Assembly (NCBI GenBank): GCA_003133025.1
Contig: PKZK01000021.1
Location: 1-16,797, forward strand
Direction: 5' to 3'
Source of the DNA: Vulcanimicrobiota bacterium
GTDB taxonomy: Bacteria > Vulcanimicrobiota > Vulcanimicrobiia > Vulcanimicrobiales > Vulcanimicrobiaceae
DNA length: 16,797 bases
A program made the position numbers and the translations under genes. Shown here one piece after another: positions 7,937 to 15,545 of the stretch (position 1 is the first letter of the stretch; each line of letters starts with the position of its first letter). Under the pieces are notes generated by a model. That model ran no database searches, had not been told where the DNA came from, and saw nothing but the letters and a program-made list of their open reading frames with translations.

Positions 7937-7953
7937 TGCGAAAGAACGCCGCG

Positions 7954-8976
7954 CTACGCTGCGCTGACGAGACCGTGGAGCTTTCGCTCGATCAGATCGC
8001 CGAACACGAAGCGCGCGACTTGCAGCCGCTGGTCGCGGCGGTCGTCGCGCAAAACGGGCAGCAGGCCCGAACGCTGACGAAACACGTCGGCGTTGATCTG
8101 GCCGCGCAGCAAGAGCCGCTCGAGAAGACCCTGCACGCGCTCGGGCGTGCCGATTTCAGGATGGCTGTTCACCGCGAAGACGCGCGGCGTCGCGCCGTCG
8201 GCCGCACGCGCGAACTCGAACATCGTGAGCGCCGAGCCGCGGCCGCCTTCGCCCGCGCTCTCGAAGGCGATCGGGCTCATGCCCGCCGGAAAGCTCGACG
8301 CGACCGGGATGAGGTCGTAGTAGCGCGACTCGAGCACCGGCAGCACCGGCCCCGGCAACTCGGCCAGCAACGGCTCGAACCACGGGTGCGCGCGCCCCGC
8401 GCCGGTCAGCACGTCGGCGCCCACGCCGCTCATCGCACCGCCCTTTTCCGGGCCGCGCAACACGGGTTGCGCGATGCCTGACCAGCGGCAGAGCAAACCG
8501 AACGTGTGGCACACGCCGTAGAGCGAGGCGCTCTCGTCGGCCAGGATCGCGTCGAACAGCGCCCACAGCGGCGCTTCCCACGAGGGGTCTTCTCGAATCT
8601 CGCGCGCGCCGTCGTCGCTGGTGTTGCGACGCGGGTCGAGGTGACCGGGGCCGCCGGTGCCCAGATAGAGATGGTGCCGCCCGCTCGCGTGATCGGGGAT
8701 CGCCAAGCCGTCGCGAATCGCATACGAAAGAACGCGGATCGTGCGTCCGCGTTCGTCCAATTCGTCCTGGTATTCCGAGGCCAAATCGTGCAAGAACGCG
8801 AGCATCGCATCGTGCCCCACGTTGGGATAACCGTGGTTCATGTCGAGCAGTGCGACGTCTATCGCAGCCGGATCGGCCGCGGGCAGATCGCCGGGCCGCT
8901 CCACCCGGACCACGTCGAAATGGCTCGTGCGCCAATCGATCGGTAGAACGTGAGCCGAGCGGATGGGCTCAAGCAA
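7954..8976 (-). CDS. Class I glutamine amidotransferase-like protein (amidotransferase or gamma-glutamyl hydrolase)
   Basis: Oxyanion motif GTGGPG, nucleophile elbow YGVCHTFG and C-terminal NSHPE give an intact Cys-His-Glu triad. TTG start overlaps the upstream stop by 8 nt. Confidence 0.82.
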   Translation of the reverse strand: MLEPIRSAHVLPIDWRTSHFDVVRVERPGDLPAADPAAIDVALLDMNHGYPNVGHDAMLAFLHDLASEYQDELDERGRTIRVLSYAIRDGLAIPDHASGRHHLYLGTGGPGHLDPRRNTSDDGAREIREDPSWEAPLWALFDAILADESASLYGVCHTFGLLCRWSGIAQPVLRGPEKGGAMSGVGADVLTGAGRAHPWFEPLLAELPGPVLPVLESRYYDLIPVASSFPAGMSPIAFESAGEGGRGSALTMFEFARAADGATPRVFAVNSHPEIGTPERVQGLLERLLLRGQINADVFRQRSGLLPVLRDDRRDQRLQVARFVFGDLIERKLHGLVSAA

Positions 8977-10084
8977 CGGGAACGCCCGCCTCTGTCTCGT
9001 CGATCACGTACTGCACCACGTCCTTCAGACTCCCGGTTTCCTTGAACACCGCCAACTGGCGATCCGCACCCGTGCCCCGGCGTATGATCTCGTACACGTA
9101 GCGGATTTCATCGGTCGTACCGAGTTCGCCCGCCACGTCGTCGACGAACTCCAAGAGTTCGATCAACAGGTCCTGGGTGGGCACCTCGGTCTTCTTACCC
9201 AGATCGATCAGCTTTCCGCCCAGGCCGAAACGTGCCGCCCGCCACTTGTTCTCATTTAACAAAGATCGACGGTATTGGCGCCAACCCTGGTTCCGATCGT
9301 ACAACTTCCAGAGCTTATAGGTGACCGCTTGGAAGAAGGCCGCCAGGCACATGACCTCGTCGATGCGCATCTGGGCATCGCAGATCCGGAATTCGAGCGT
9401 GGGATAGTAGGGGTGCACGCGCACGTCCCACCAGATCTTCTTGCCGTCGGTGATGCACCCGGTCGCGATGAGCGTGTTGAGGAAATCCTGGTATTCCATC
9501 CACGAGCCGAACGAGTCGGGCAATCCCGTGCGCGGGAAGCGCTCGAAGATTTTGGAGCGGTAGCTCATCCAGCCCGTCTCGATGCCCGTCCAGAACGGCG
9601 AGTTGACCGAGAGCGCGAAGATGTGCGGCAGAAAGTAGCGCACGCCGTTCATGATGGCCACGCGCGCTTCGTCGTCTTCGAGGCCGATGTGCACGTGCAA
9701 GCCGAAGATCAAGTTGGCTCGCGCGACCAACTGCAGGTCCTGGATCAGGCGATCGTAGTGCGCGCCGGGCGTCGTCGGCACGGTCGACCAGTGCGTGAAC
9801 GGATGCGTGCCGGCCGAGCCCACGCGCAGGCCGTTGCGCCGCGCGAGGTGCACGATTTCGCCGCGCAGCCGGGTGACCTCGCGCCGCGCCTCGGCGATAT
9901 CCGCGCACACCGGCGTGGTCAATTCGATCACCGGATCGTGCAGTTCGCGCTTCATCTGGTCGTGCAAGAGCGTGTTGCCCTCGGCAAACATCTGCTGGAT
10001 GTGCGATTTCAACTCGTACGTCGCCGGGTCGATGACCTGGAACTCTTCCTCGATGCCGACGGTGAAGGTAGGCCGTTCTGCCAT
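8969..10084 (-). CDS. ybdK: Carboxylate-amine ligase, YbdK/GCS2 family (glutamate--cysteine ligase 2-like, ~371 aa)
   Basis: FTVGIEEEFQVID, IELTTPVC, SAGTHPF, IFGLHVHIG, ALSVNSPFW, FPRTGLP, IWWDVRVHPYYPTLEFRICD, ENKWRAARFG. ATG at 10082-10084 overlaps the upstream TGA (TGATG). Confidence 0.93.
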   Translation of the reverse strand: MAERPTFTVGIEEEFQVIDPATYELKSHIQQMFAEGNTLLHDQMKRELHDPVIELTTPVCADIAEARREVTRLRGEIVHLARRNGLRVGSAGTHPFTHWSTVPTTPGAHYDRLIQDLQLVARANLIFGLHVHIGLEDDEARVAIMNGVRYFLPHIFALSVNSPFWTGIETGWMSYRSKIFERFPRTGLPDSFGSWMEYQDFLNTLIATGCITDGKKIWWDVRVHPYYPTLEFRICDAQMRIDEVMCLAAFFQAVTYKLWKLYDRNQGWRQYRRSLLNENKWRAARFGLGGKLIDLGKKTEVPTQDLLIELLEFVDDVAGELGTTDEIRYVYEIIRRGTGADRQLAVFKETGSLKDVVQYVIDETEAGVPVA

Positions 10085-11037
10085 CAGACGTGTCCTCGCG
10101 CCAGGGCCGTCGTTTGCGGCCACGCGCCGGTGAGTTCGAGGGGCAGGGGGTTGCGTACGCGATCGATCAGGGTCTCGGCCATCGCGTCGACGATCCAGGT
10201 GAAGTTCGCCGGGCCCACCGAGTGGGCGTCGGCGTCGGGTGCGGGGTTGGTGAAGTCGATCGCATACGGGATGCCGCCGCGCACGGCGAGTTCGACCGTG
10301 TTCATGTCGTAGCCGAGCGCTTCGGAGAGCGCCAGCGCGTCGCGGCGCAGCCGGGTCAGGAGCGCGGGCTCGGTGCGCGGCGCGTCGAGCACGTAGCGCA
10401 GGTGGTGCGGCTGTTTGGGATCGTAGCGCATCACGTGCACGTGCTTGCGCCCGATCACGTAAATGCGGTAGTAGTCCTCGAAATCGATCGCTTCTTGCGC
10501 CATCATCGTCAGGTCGCGCGTGTTATCGTATGCCGCGAAAAACTCGGCGGGCGTGTCGCACTTGTACACGTCCTTCCAACCGCCGCCGTACGCCGGCTTC
10601 AAGAAGATGGGAAAGCCTAAATAGCCGAAGACTTCGTCCCAATCCACCAGGCGCAGGTTGCGAAACGAGTTGGCCTCCGTGTTCGGCGGCCGGTCCTTGT
10701 GCGGCAGCAGCACGGTGCGCGGCGTGGCTACGCCGACCGACTCGGCCACGATGTTCCCGAAGTACTTGTCGTCGGCCGACCACCAGAACGGGTTGTTCAC
10801 GACCTGCACGCCGCGCGCCGCGGCCACTTTGAGAAACGTGCGGTAGTACGGCACTTCGTGGCTGATCCGGTCGAGAATCAACGCGTAATCGAAGTGCTGC
10901 GTGTCGCGCAGGTACGAGATCTCGACGGGCGCGGCGGTGATTTCGCCGCCGCCCCGCGCGTCGATAGCGTTGATCAGGGCCCACGGGAACGTGTCTTCCA
11001 TCCCGAAGAGCAACCCGATCCGCCGAACGGTCGACAC
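10084..11037 (-). CDS. ATP-grasp ligase, RimK/glutathione synthetase-like (~317 aa)
   Basis: ILDRISHEVPYYR, VVNNPFWWSADDKY, GVATPRTVLLP, FPIFLKPAYGGGWKDVYK, MAQEAIDF, TVELAV...YAIDFTNPAPD. GTG at 11035-11037 is preceded by a G-rich SD-like GGGGGTG; the ORF-track start at 11175 overlaps the divergent esterase. Confidence 0.85.
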   Translation of the reverse strand: MSTVRRIGLLFGMEDTFPWALINAIDARGGGEITAAPVEISYLRDTQHFDYALILDRISHEVPYYRTFLKVAAARGVQVVNNPFWWSADDKYFGNIVAESVGVATPRTVLLPHKDRPPNTEANSFRNLRLVDWDEVFGYLGFPIFLKPAYGGGWKDVYKCDTPAEFFAAYDNTRDLTMMAQEAIDFEDYYRIYVIGRKHVHVMRYDPKQPHHLRYVLDAPRTEPALLTRLRRDALALSEALGYDMNTVELAVRGGIPYAIDFTNPAPDADAHSVGPANFTWIVDAMAETLIDRVRNPLPLELTGAWPQTTALARGHV

Positions 11038-11125
11038 TTTTACACCCCCGCCATGTTCGCGAAAAAAACTTGAGCGCGACGCATTCGAGGGAACCGGCGC
11101 GGGCCCTATGCAATTGGGAGCGCCG

Positions 11126-11833
11126 ATGAAACGTACGCACGAAGCCTGGTTTAGCCCCAATCTGGGCCGGAGCATGGAGTTGCTGTGGTTCGGATGGTCG
11201 GGCTTTCCGGTGATCGCCTTCCCGACCTCGATGGGCCGCTACGTCCAGTATGAGGACACGGGGCTCGTCGCCCACATCGCCGACAAGATCGAGGCGGGGT
11301 ACCTGCAACTGATCTGCGTCGATTCCGTCGACGCCGACACGTGGTACGACGAGCACATCCCCCCATCCGAACGTGGCCCGCGCCACGAGCGCTACGACGC
11401 GTACATCGCCGATGAGATCGTGCCCTACGTGCACGCCCGCGCCCAGCGCGGCGACCTCGGCGTCTTCGGCTGCAGCTTCGGCGGCTATCACGCGGCGAAT
11501 TTCGCCGGCCGGCACCCGGACCTCGTGACCAAGGCAGTCTGCCTCTCGGGCGTCTACGACGTCCGGCGTTTTACCAACGGCTACTTCGGCCTGACTGAAT
11601 ACCTCAACTCGCCCGTCGAGTACATCGCGAACATGGACGACGAGTGGGTTCGCCGCCTGGCCCGCATCGAGTGGGTCATCGCAACCGGCGAATACGACTC
11701 CCTGGTCGACGACAACCGCCGCTTCAGCGCCGTCCTGGGCTCCAAGGGCATCCCCAACCACACCGAGATTTGGAGCGGCGTGTTCGGCCACGACTGGCCG
11801 TTTTGGAACGAGGCCGTCCGCCGGCTGCTCTAG
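11126..11833 (+). CDS. Alpha/beta-hydrolase, putative esterase family (~235 aa)
   Basis: SD GGGAG at 11116-11120 before ATG 11126. SPNLGRSMELLWFG, FPTSMGR, nucleophile elbow GCSFGGYHA, LSGVYD, catalytic His in GHDWPFW. Confidence 0.88.
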   Translation: MKRTHEAWFSPNLGRSMELLWFGWSGFPVIAFPTSMGRYVQYEDTGLVAHIADKIEAGYLQLICVDSVDADTWYDEHIPPSERGPRHERYDAYIADEIVPYVHARAQRGDLGVFGCSFGGYHAANFAGRHPDLVTKAVCLSGVYDVRRFTNGYFGLTEYLNSPVEYIANMDDEWVRRLARIEWVIATGEYDSLVDDNRRFSAVLGSKGIPNHTEIWSGVFGHDWPFWNEAVRRLL

Positions 11834-12183
11834 TTCTTGCGGCTCTCGTGCGCGGGCGAGGGCGCCGGCTCGGGCGCGTGGGCCCGGTGGTGCGCCACCG
11901 GTTTGGGCTGCAGCGCCTTGCCGGCTTCGACCGCGGTGAAGGCCGCGGCCACGGCCGTCATCGCGCGCGCCATGCCGACCTGACGGGAATAGAGGCCGAA
12001 GCCTCCGGCCATGCCGGTCCAGATCGAGGTCGCGAGCAAGGCAGCCGAGCCGATCCAGCGCAGCCTGCCGCCGAAGGGCAGCCCGCCGGTGGCGGTCATG
12101 CGGACGTCAGCCGGCTTGCCGCAACAGCTGCAGTAGCTCGCGCCTTGCTTGTCCGACTTGCGGCAGTCCGCGCAGACCATCAC
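11830..12183 (-). CDS. Small zinc-ribbon membrane protein
   Basis: N-terminal CADC...YCSCCG zinc-ribbon motif, a hydrophobic TM-like segment (WIGSAALLATSIWTGMAGGFGLY) and a Pro/His-rich tail. Co-oriented downstream of arginase; its stop overlaps the esterase stop in CTAG. Confidence 0.6.
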   Translation of the reverse strand: MMVCADCRKSDKQGASYCSCCGKPADVRMTATGGLPFGGRLRWIGSAALLATSIWTGMAGGFGLYSRQVGMARAMTAVAAAFTAVEAGKALQPKPVAHHRAHAPEPAPSPAHESRKN

Positions 12184-12231
12184 TCCGGTTTTCGGCAGTT
12201 GGGCACGCCGATTTACCCGGCATGACGCGGC

Positions 12232-13146
12232 TCACAAGATGCTCTTGCCCAGCGCCGAGAGGATCAGTTGCACCGCGAGGTCGGCCGTGCGGTTGCGCTC
12301 GTCGAAGATGGGGTTGAGTTCGGTGATCTCGAGCGAGCCGAGCCGGCCCGTTTCGGCCACCATCTCCATGGCCAGGTGGGCTTCCCGGTAGGAGAGGCCG
12401 CCCCGGACCGGCGTGCCGACCCCAGGCGCTTCGCTCGGGTCGATGCCGTCCAGGTCGAAGGAAACGTGCAGCGCCTCTCCGTCGCCGGAGGCGATGGCGA
12501 TCGCTTCTTCCATCACGCGCTCCATGCCGACCTTATCGATGTGGCTCATCGAAAAGGCGCGCACCCCGAGTTCGCGGATGCGCCGCTTCTCGCCGGCATC
12601 CACGTCGCGCAGCCCGACGAGCACGGTCCGCGAGGCGTCGATCGAGTGCTCCTCGAGCGCGATCGAGACGGGCATGCCGTGCACGTTGCCCGAGCCCGAG
12701 GTCAGGGGCGTGTTGATGTCGCCGTGGGCGTCCACCCAGATCAGGCCGGGCGCGCGTTTGCGCGCTCGCGAAACGCCGGCCAGCGTGCCGATGGCGATCG
12801 AGTGGTCGCCGCCGAGCACGAGCGGGAAGCCGCCGCGCCGCACCGTCTCTTCGACGAGATGTGAGAGCTGCTCGCAGACGGCCAGAATGATCGGCAAATA
12901 CTTCGCGTTTTTGGTCGCCTCTGCCGCGAGCGACTCGGCGACGGGCACCGGAACGTTGCCGTGGTCGACGACCGACTCGACACCCAGGGCCAAGAGGCGC
13001 TCGCGCAACCCGGCGTAGCGGATCGCGGACGGTCCCATGTCGACCCCGCGCCGGTCGGCGCCGAGGTCCATCGGCACGCCGATCACTTCGACGAGTCCGG
13101 GCGTGCGGTGCTGCGGCGTCTGAGCGGACGGTGCGGTGGAAAGCAT
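12232..13146 (-). CDS. rocF: Arginase
   Basis: GVPMDLGADRRGVDMGPSAIRYAGL, GGDHSIAIG, WVDAHGDINTP..SGSGNVHGMP, SFDLDGIDP..APGVGTPVRGGLSYREAH, ELNP. All Mn-binding ureohydrolase motifs are present with the arginase-type SGNxHG. Confidence 0.95.
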   Translation of the reverse strand: MLSTAPSAQTPQHRTPGLVEVIGVPMDLGADRRGVDMGPSAIRYAGLRERLLALGVESVVDHGNVPVPVAESLAAEATKNAKYLPIILAVCEQLSHLVEETVRRGGFPLVLGGDHSIAIGTLAGVSRARKRAPGLIWVDAHGDINTPLTSGSGNVHGMPVSIALEEHSIDASRTVLVGLRDVDAGEKRRIRELGVRAFSMSHIDKVGMERVMEEAIAIASGDGEALHVSFDLDGIDPSEAPGVGTPVRGGLSYREAHLAMEMVAETGRLGSLEITELNPIFDERNRTADLAVQLILSALGKSIL

Positions 13147-13188
13147 GGCCGGGTCGGCTTCTGCGCGCCGGCGGCGCTCTCCGCGCGG

Positions 13189-14385
13189 CTAAGCGGGCTC
13201 GCTGCCGGGGCGCGGCTTCTTCGCGGCCTTTGCCGGCACCACGGCGCCGCCCGGGCTGACCGTCTCGGCCATGTCCGGCGGCGGGCTGACGACCGCGGGC
13301 GGATACTGGGGCATCATGTGCTGCGCCAAGACCTTGAAGAGACCGGCCACCGGCACCGCGAGAAACATGCCGCCGATGCCGCCGAGATCGGCACCGATCA
13401 AGATCGCGACGATCACGAGCAACGGACTCAGGCCGACGCTTTCGCTCACGATGCGCGGCGCCACGAAATGGCCTTCGAGTTGGAAGATCGCGACGAATAG
13501 GAGCGCGATGATCAACGCGTGCTGCCAGCCGTCGTTGAAGAGCGCGAGCAACACGGCCGGCACGAAGGCGACGAGCGCGCCGACGTATGGAATGATGTCG
13601 AAGAGTCCCGCAGCCACGCCGATCAAGACGCCGTACTTCACCTTGAAGATCAGCAGCACGATCGTGATCAGCGTGCCGATCGTCGCGCCGACCAGGAACT
13701 GGCCGCGGATGAAGCCGCCGAGCACCTTGTCGAGATCGTGCAAGATCGCCGCCGTCTTGGGCCGAGCCCGCGGCGGAATCGCATTCATCGCCGTCTGCAA
13801 CAACTCGGGCGTCTCGAACAAGAGATAGATCGAGATCACCGGGATCACCACGACCGTGGCCAAGATCGCAAACGTCGAAAGCAAGATCGTCAACGCGCGC
13901 GACGCAGCCTCCCCGCCGTAGCGTTCGGCGAGCAGGCCGAGCTTCTCGGGCAGGTCGGCGAGATAGAGCCGCACGACCGGCGGCAGGCGGCGCACGATCG
14001 GATTGGTCGGATCGGCCAAAGTCGCTTGCGCGTTGTGCACGATCGAGGGATACGCATGGATCAGCGACTGCGTGTCGTCGGCCAGTGCCGGCACCACCAC
14101 CGCCGCGCCGAACAAGACCACCAAGGCCAGCGCGCCGTAGACGATCGCGATGGCGGCGCCCAGCGGCATCCGCGCGTGCAAGCGGCGCACCGCCGGATAG
14201 ATGATGTAGGTGAAGAACACCGCGCCGATCAGGATGATCGTAACCGAGCGGATCCGGCCCAAGAAATCGAGGAAGCCGGAGAGGACGAACGCCCCGACTG
14301 CGACCGTCAGCAACAGCTTGAGCCAAAAGGTCAGACGGCGTTCTGCCCGCGAGCGAATCGGCAGGGCGGGCGGCGGATTCTTCAT
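13189..14385 (-). CDS. AI-2E family (PerM/YhhT-like) transporter
   Basis: Multiple TM segments; YIIYPAVRRL, LGGFIRGQF, FDIIPYVGAL, FQLEGHFVAPRIVSESVGLSPLLVIVAILIG..LGGIGGMFLAVPVAG. Confidence 0.92.
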   Translation of the reverse strand: MKNPPPALPIRSRAERRLTFWLKLLLTVAVGAFVLSGFLDFLGRIRSVTIILIGAVFFTYIIYPAVRRLHARMPLGAAIAIVYGALALVVLFGAAVVVPALADDTQSLIHAYPSIVHNAQATLADPTNPIVRRLPPVVRLYLADLPEKLGLLAERYGGEAASRALTILLSTFAILATVVVIPVISIYLLFETPELLQTAMNAIPPRARPKTAAILHDLDKVLGGFIRGQFLVGATIGTLITIVLLIFKVKYGVLIGVAAGLFDIIPYVGALVAFVPAVLLALFNDGWQHALIIALLFVAIFQLEGHFVAPRIVSESVGLSPLLVIVAILIGADLGGIGGMFLAVPVAGLFKVLAQHMMPQYPPAVVSPPPDMAETVSPGGAVVPAKAAKKPRPGSEPA

Positions 14386-14477
14386 CGTGAACCCTCTACC
14401 ACGGGAGAGGACGCCGAGTTCCTGCCTGCGCGGGCCGTTCGGCCGTGCCGGAGGCTTCGTCGCGGGGTGCTGCGTAG

Positions 14478-15536
14478 ATGCGCCCGATGATCTTGCACCG
14501 CCCGCGACCGCGTGCGACTCGCGCGCTGCTGACCGCCGTCGCTTCGGCGGCGTTCGCCCTCACCGCGGCCGGCTGCGCGCGTCACGATGCCTCGGGCAAG
14601 GCGGTCATTCGTTTGGCCATGGTCACCGACACGGCGGGCCTCGGCGACAAGTCGTTCAACGACTCGGCCTACGCCGGCCTGACCGCGGCCAAGACCCAAC
14701 TCGACGCCGATACGACCGTGCTCGAGTCGAAGTCGGCAGCCGACTATCAACCCAATCTGACCGTGCTGGCCGACGAAGAGTACGACGAGATCTACGCGAT
14801 CGGCTTTCTGATGAGCAAAGACGTCGAAAAGGTCGCGCGCAATTTTCCCAAGCGCCATTTCGCTTTAATCGACGGCACCGCCGTGGAACCAAACGTGTCG
14901 GCGGTGGTCTTTCGCGAACAGGAAGGCGCCTTTCTCGCCGGCGCGCTGGCCGCGATGGTCAGTAAGACGCACGTCGTCGGCTTCCTGGGCGGCATGGACG
15001 TACCGCTGCTGCGCCGCTTCGAAGCCGGATACACCGCGGGCGCGCGCGAGATCGACCCGCGCGTGAAGGTGCTGGTCAAGTACGCCGGGTCGTTCGACGA
15101 CGTTGCGGCGGGTAAGGAATTGGCCGGCGTGCTCTACGATCAACGCGCCGACGTGATCTTCATCGCCGCGGGCAAATCGGGGCTCGGCGCGATCGACGAG
15201 ACGCGCGCGCGACCCAACGTCTACGCCATCGGCGTCGATTCGGATCAAGACGCGCTCGCGAAGGGCAAGATCCTCACGAGCGTGCTCAAGCGCGTCGACG
15301 TCGCGGTCTTTCGCTTGGCCGAAGAAGCCATCGCGCAGAAGTTGCCCGCCGGCACCGAAGAAGTGGGCCTGCGCGAGGGCGGCATCGCGTTGACGCCGTT
15401 CACCTACTCGCGCGCCGTGGTGCATCCCGAGATGATCGCGACGCTGAAGAAACTGCGCGCCGACATCATCGCGGGCAAGATCGTGCCGCCGAAGACGCGC
15501 GAGTCCCTGGCCGACTTCAAACCGGTCACGCCCTAA
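14478..15536 (+). CDS. BMP-family (PnrA/TmpC-like) nucleoside ABC transporter substrate-binding lipoprotein
   Basis: Lipobox AAGC; TDTAGLGDKSFNDSAYAGL, FREQEGAFLAGALAA, VGFLGGMD, GSFDD, ADVIFIAAG, AIGVDSDQ, LTSVLKRVD. The start may be 14478 or 14487. Confidence 0.93.
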   Translation: MRPMILHRPRPRATRALLTAVASAAFALTAAGCARHDASGKAVIRLAMVTDTAGLGDKSFNDSAYAGLTAAKTQLDADTTVLESKSAADYQPNLTVLADEEYDEIYAIGFLMSKDVEKVARNFPKRHFALIDGTAVEPNVSAVVFREQEGAFLAGALAAMVSKTHVVGFLGGMDVPLLRRFEAGYTAGAREIDPRVKVLVKYAGSFDDVAAGKELAGVLYDQRADVIFIAAGKSGLGAIDETRARPNVYAIGVDSDQDALAKGKILTSVLKRVDVAVFRLAEEAIAQKLPAGTEEVGLREGGIALTPFTYSRAVVHPEMIATLKKLRADIIAGKIVPPKTRESLADFKPVTP

Positions 15537-15545
15537 CCGCCGGCG

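Noticed and set aside
6614..10312. Long plus-strand ORFs (6614..8077, 9275..10312 and others)
   Set aside because: Antisense to well-supported ligase genes, with no recognisable domains.
12533..14326. 597-aa Arg-rich minus-strand ORF
   Set aside because: Alternative frame over the AI-2E and arginase genes, with low-complexity Arg/Gly/Ala composition.
14386..14477. Possible purine riboswitch upstream of the BMP nucleoside transporter
   Set aside because: The 92-bp divergent intergenic region lacks the conserved purine-aptamer motifs; only a 5-bp cctct/agagg inverted repeat is present.
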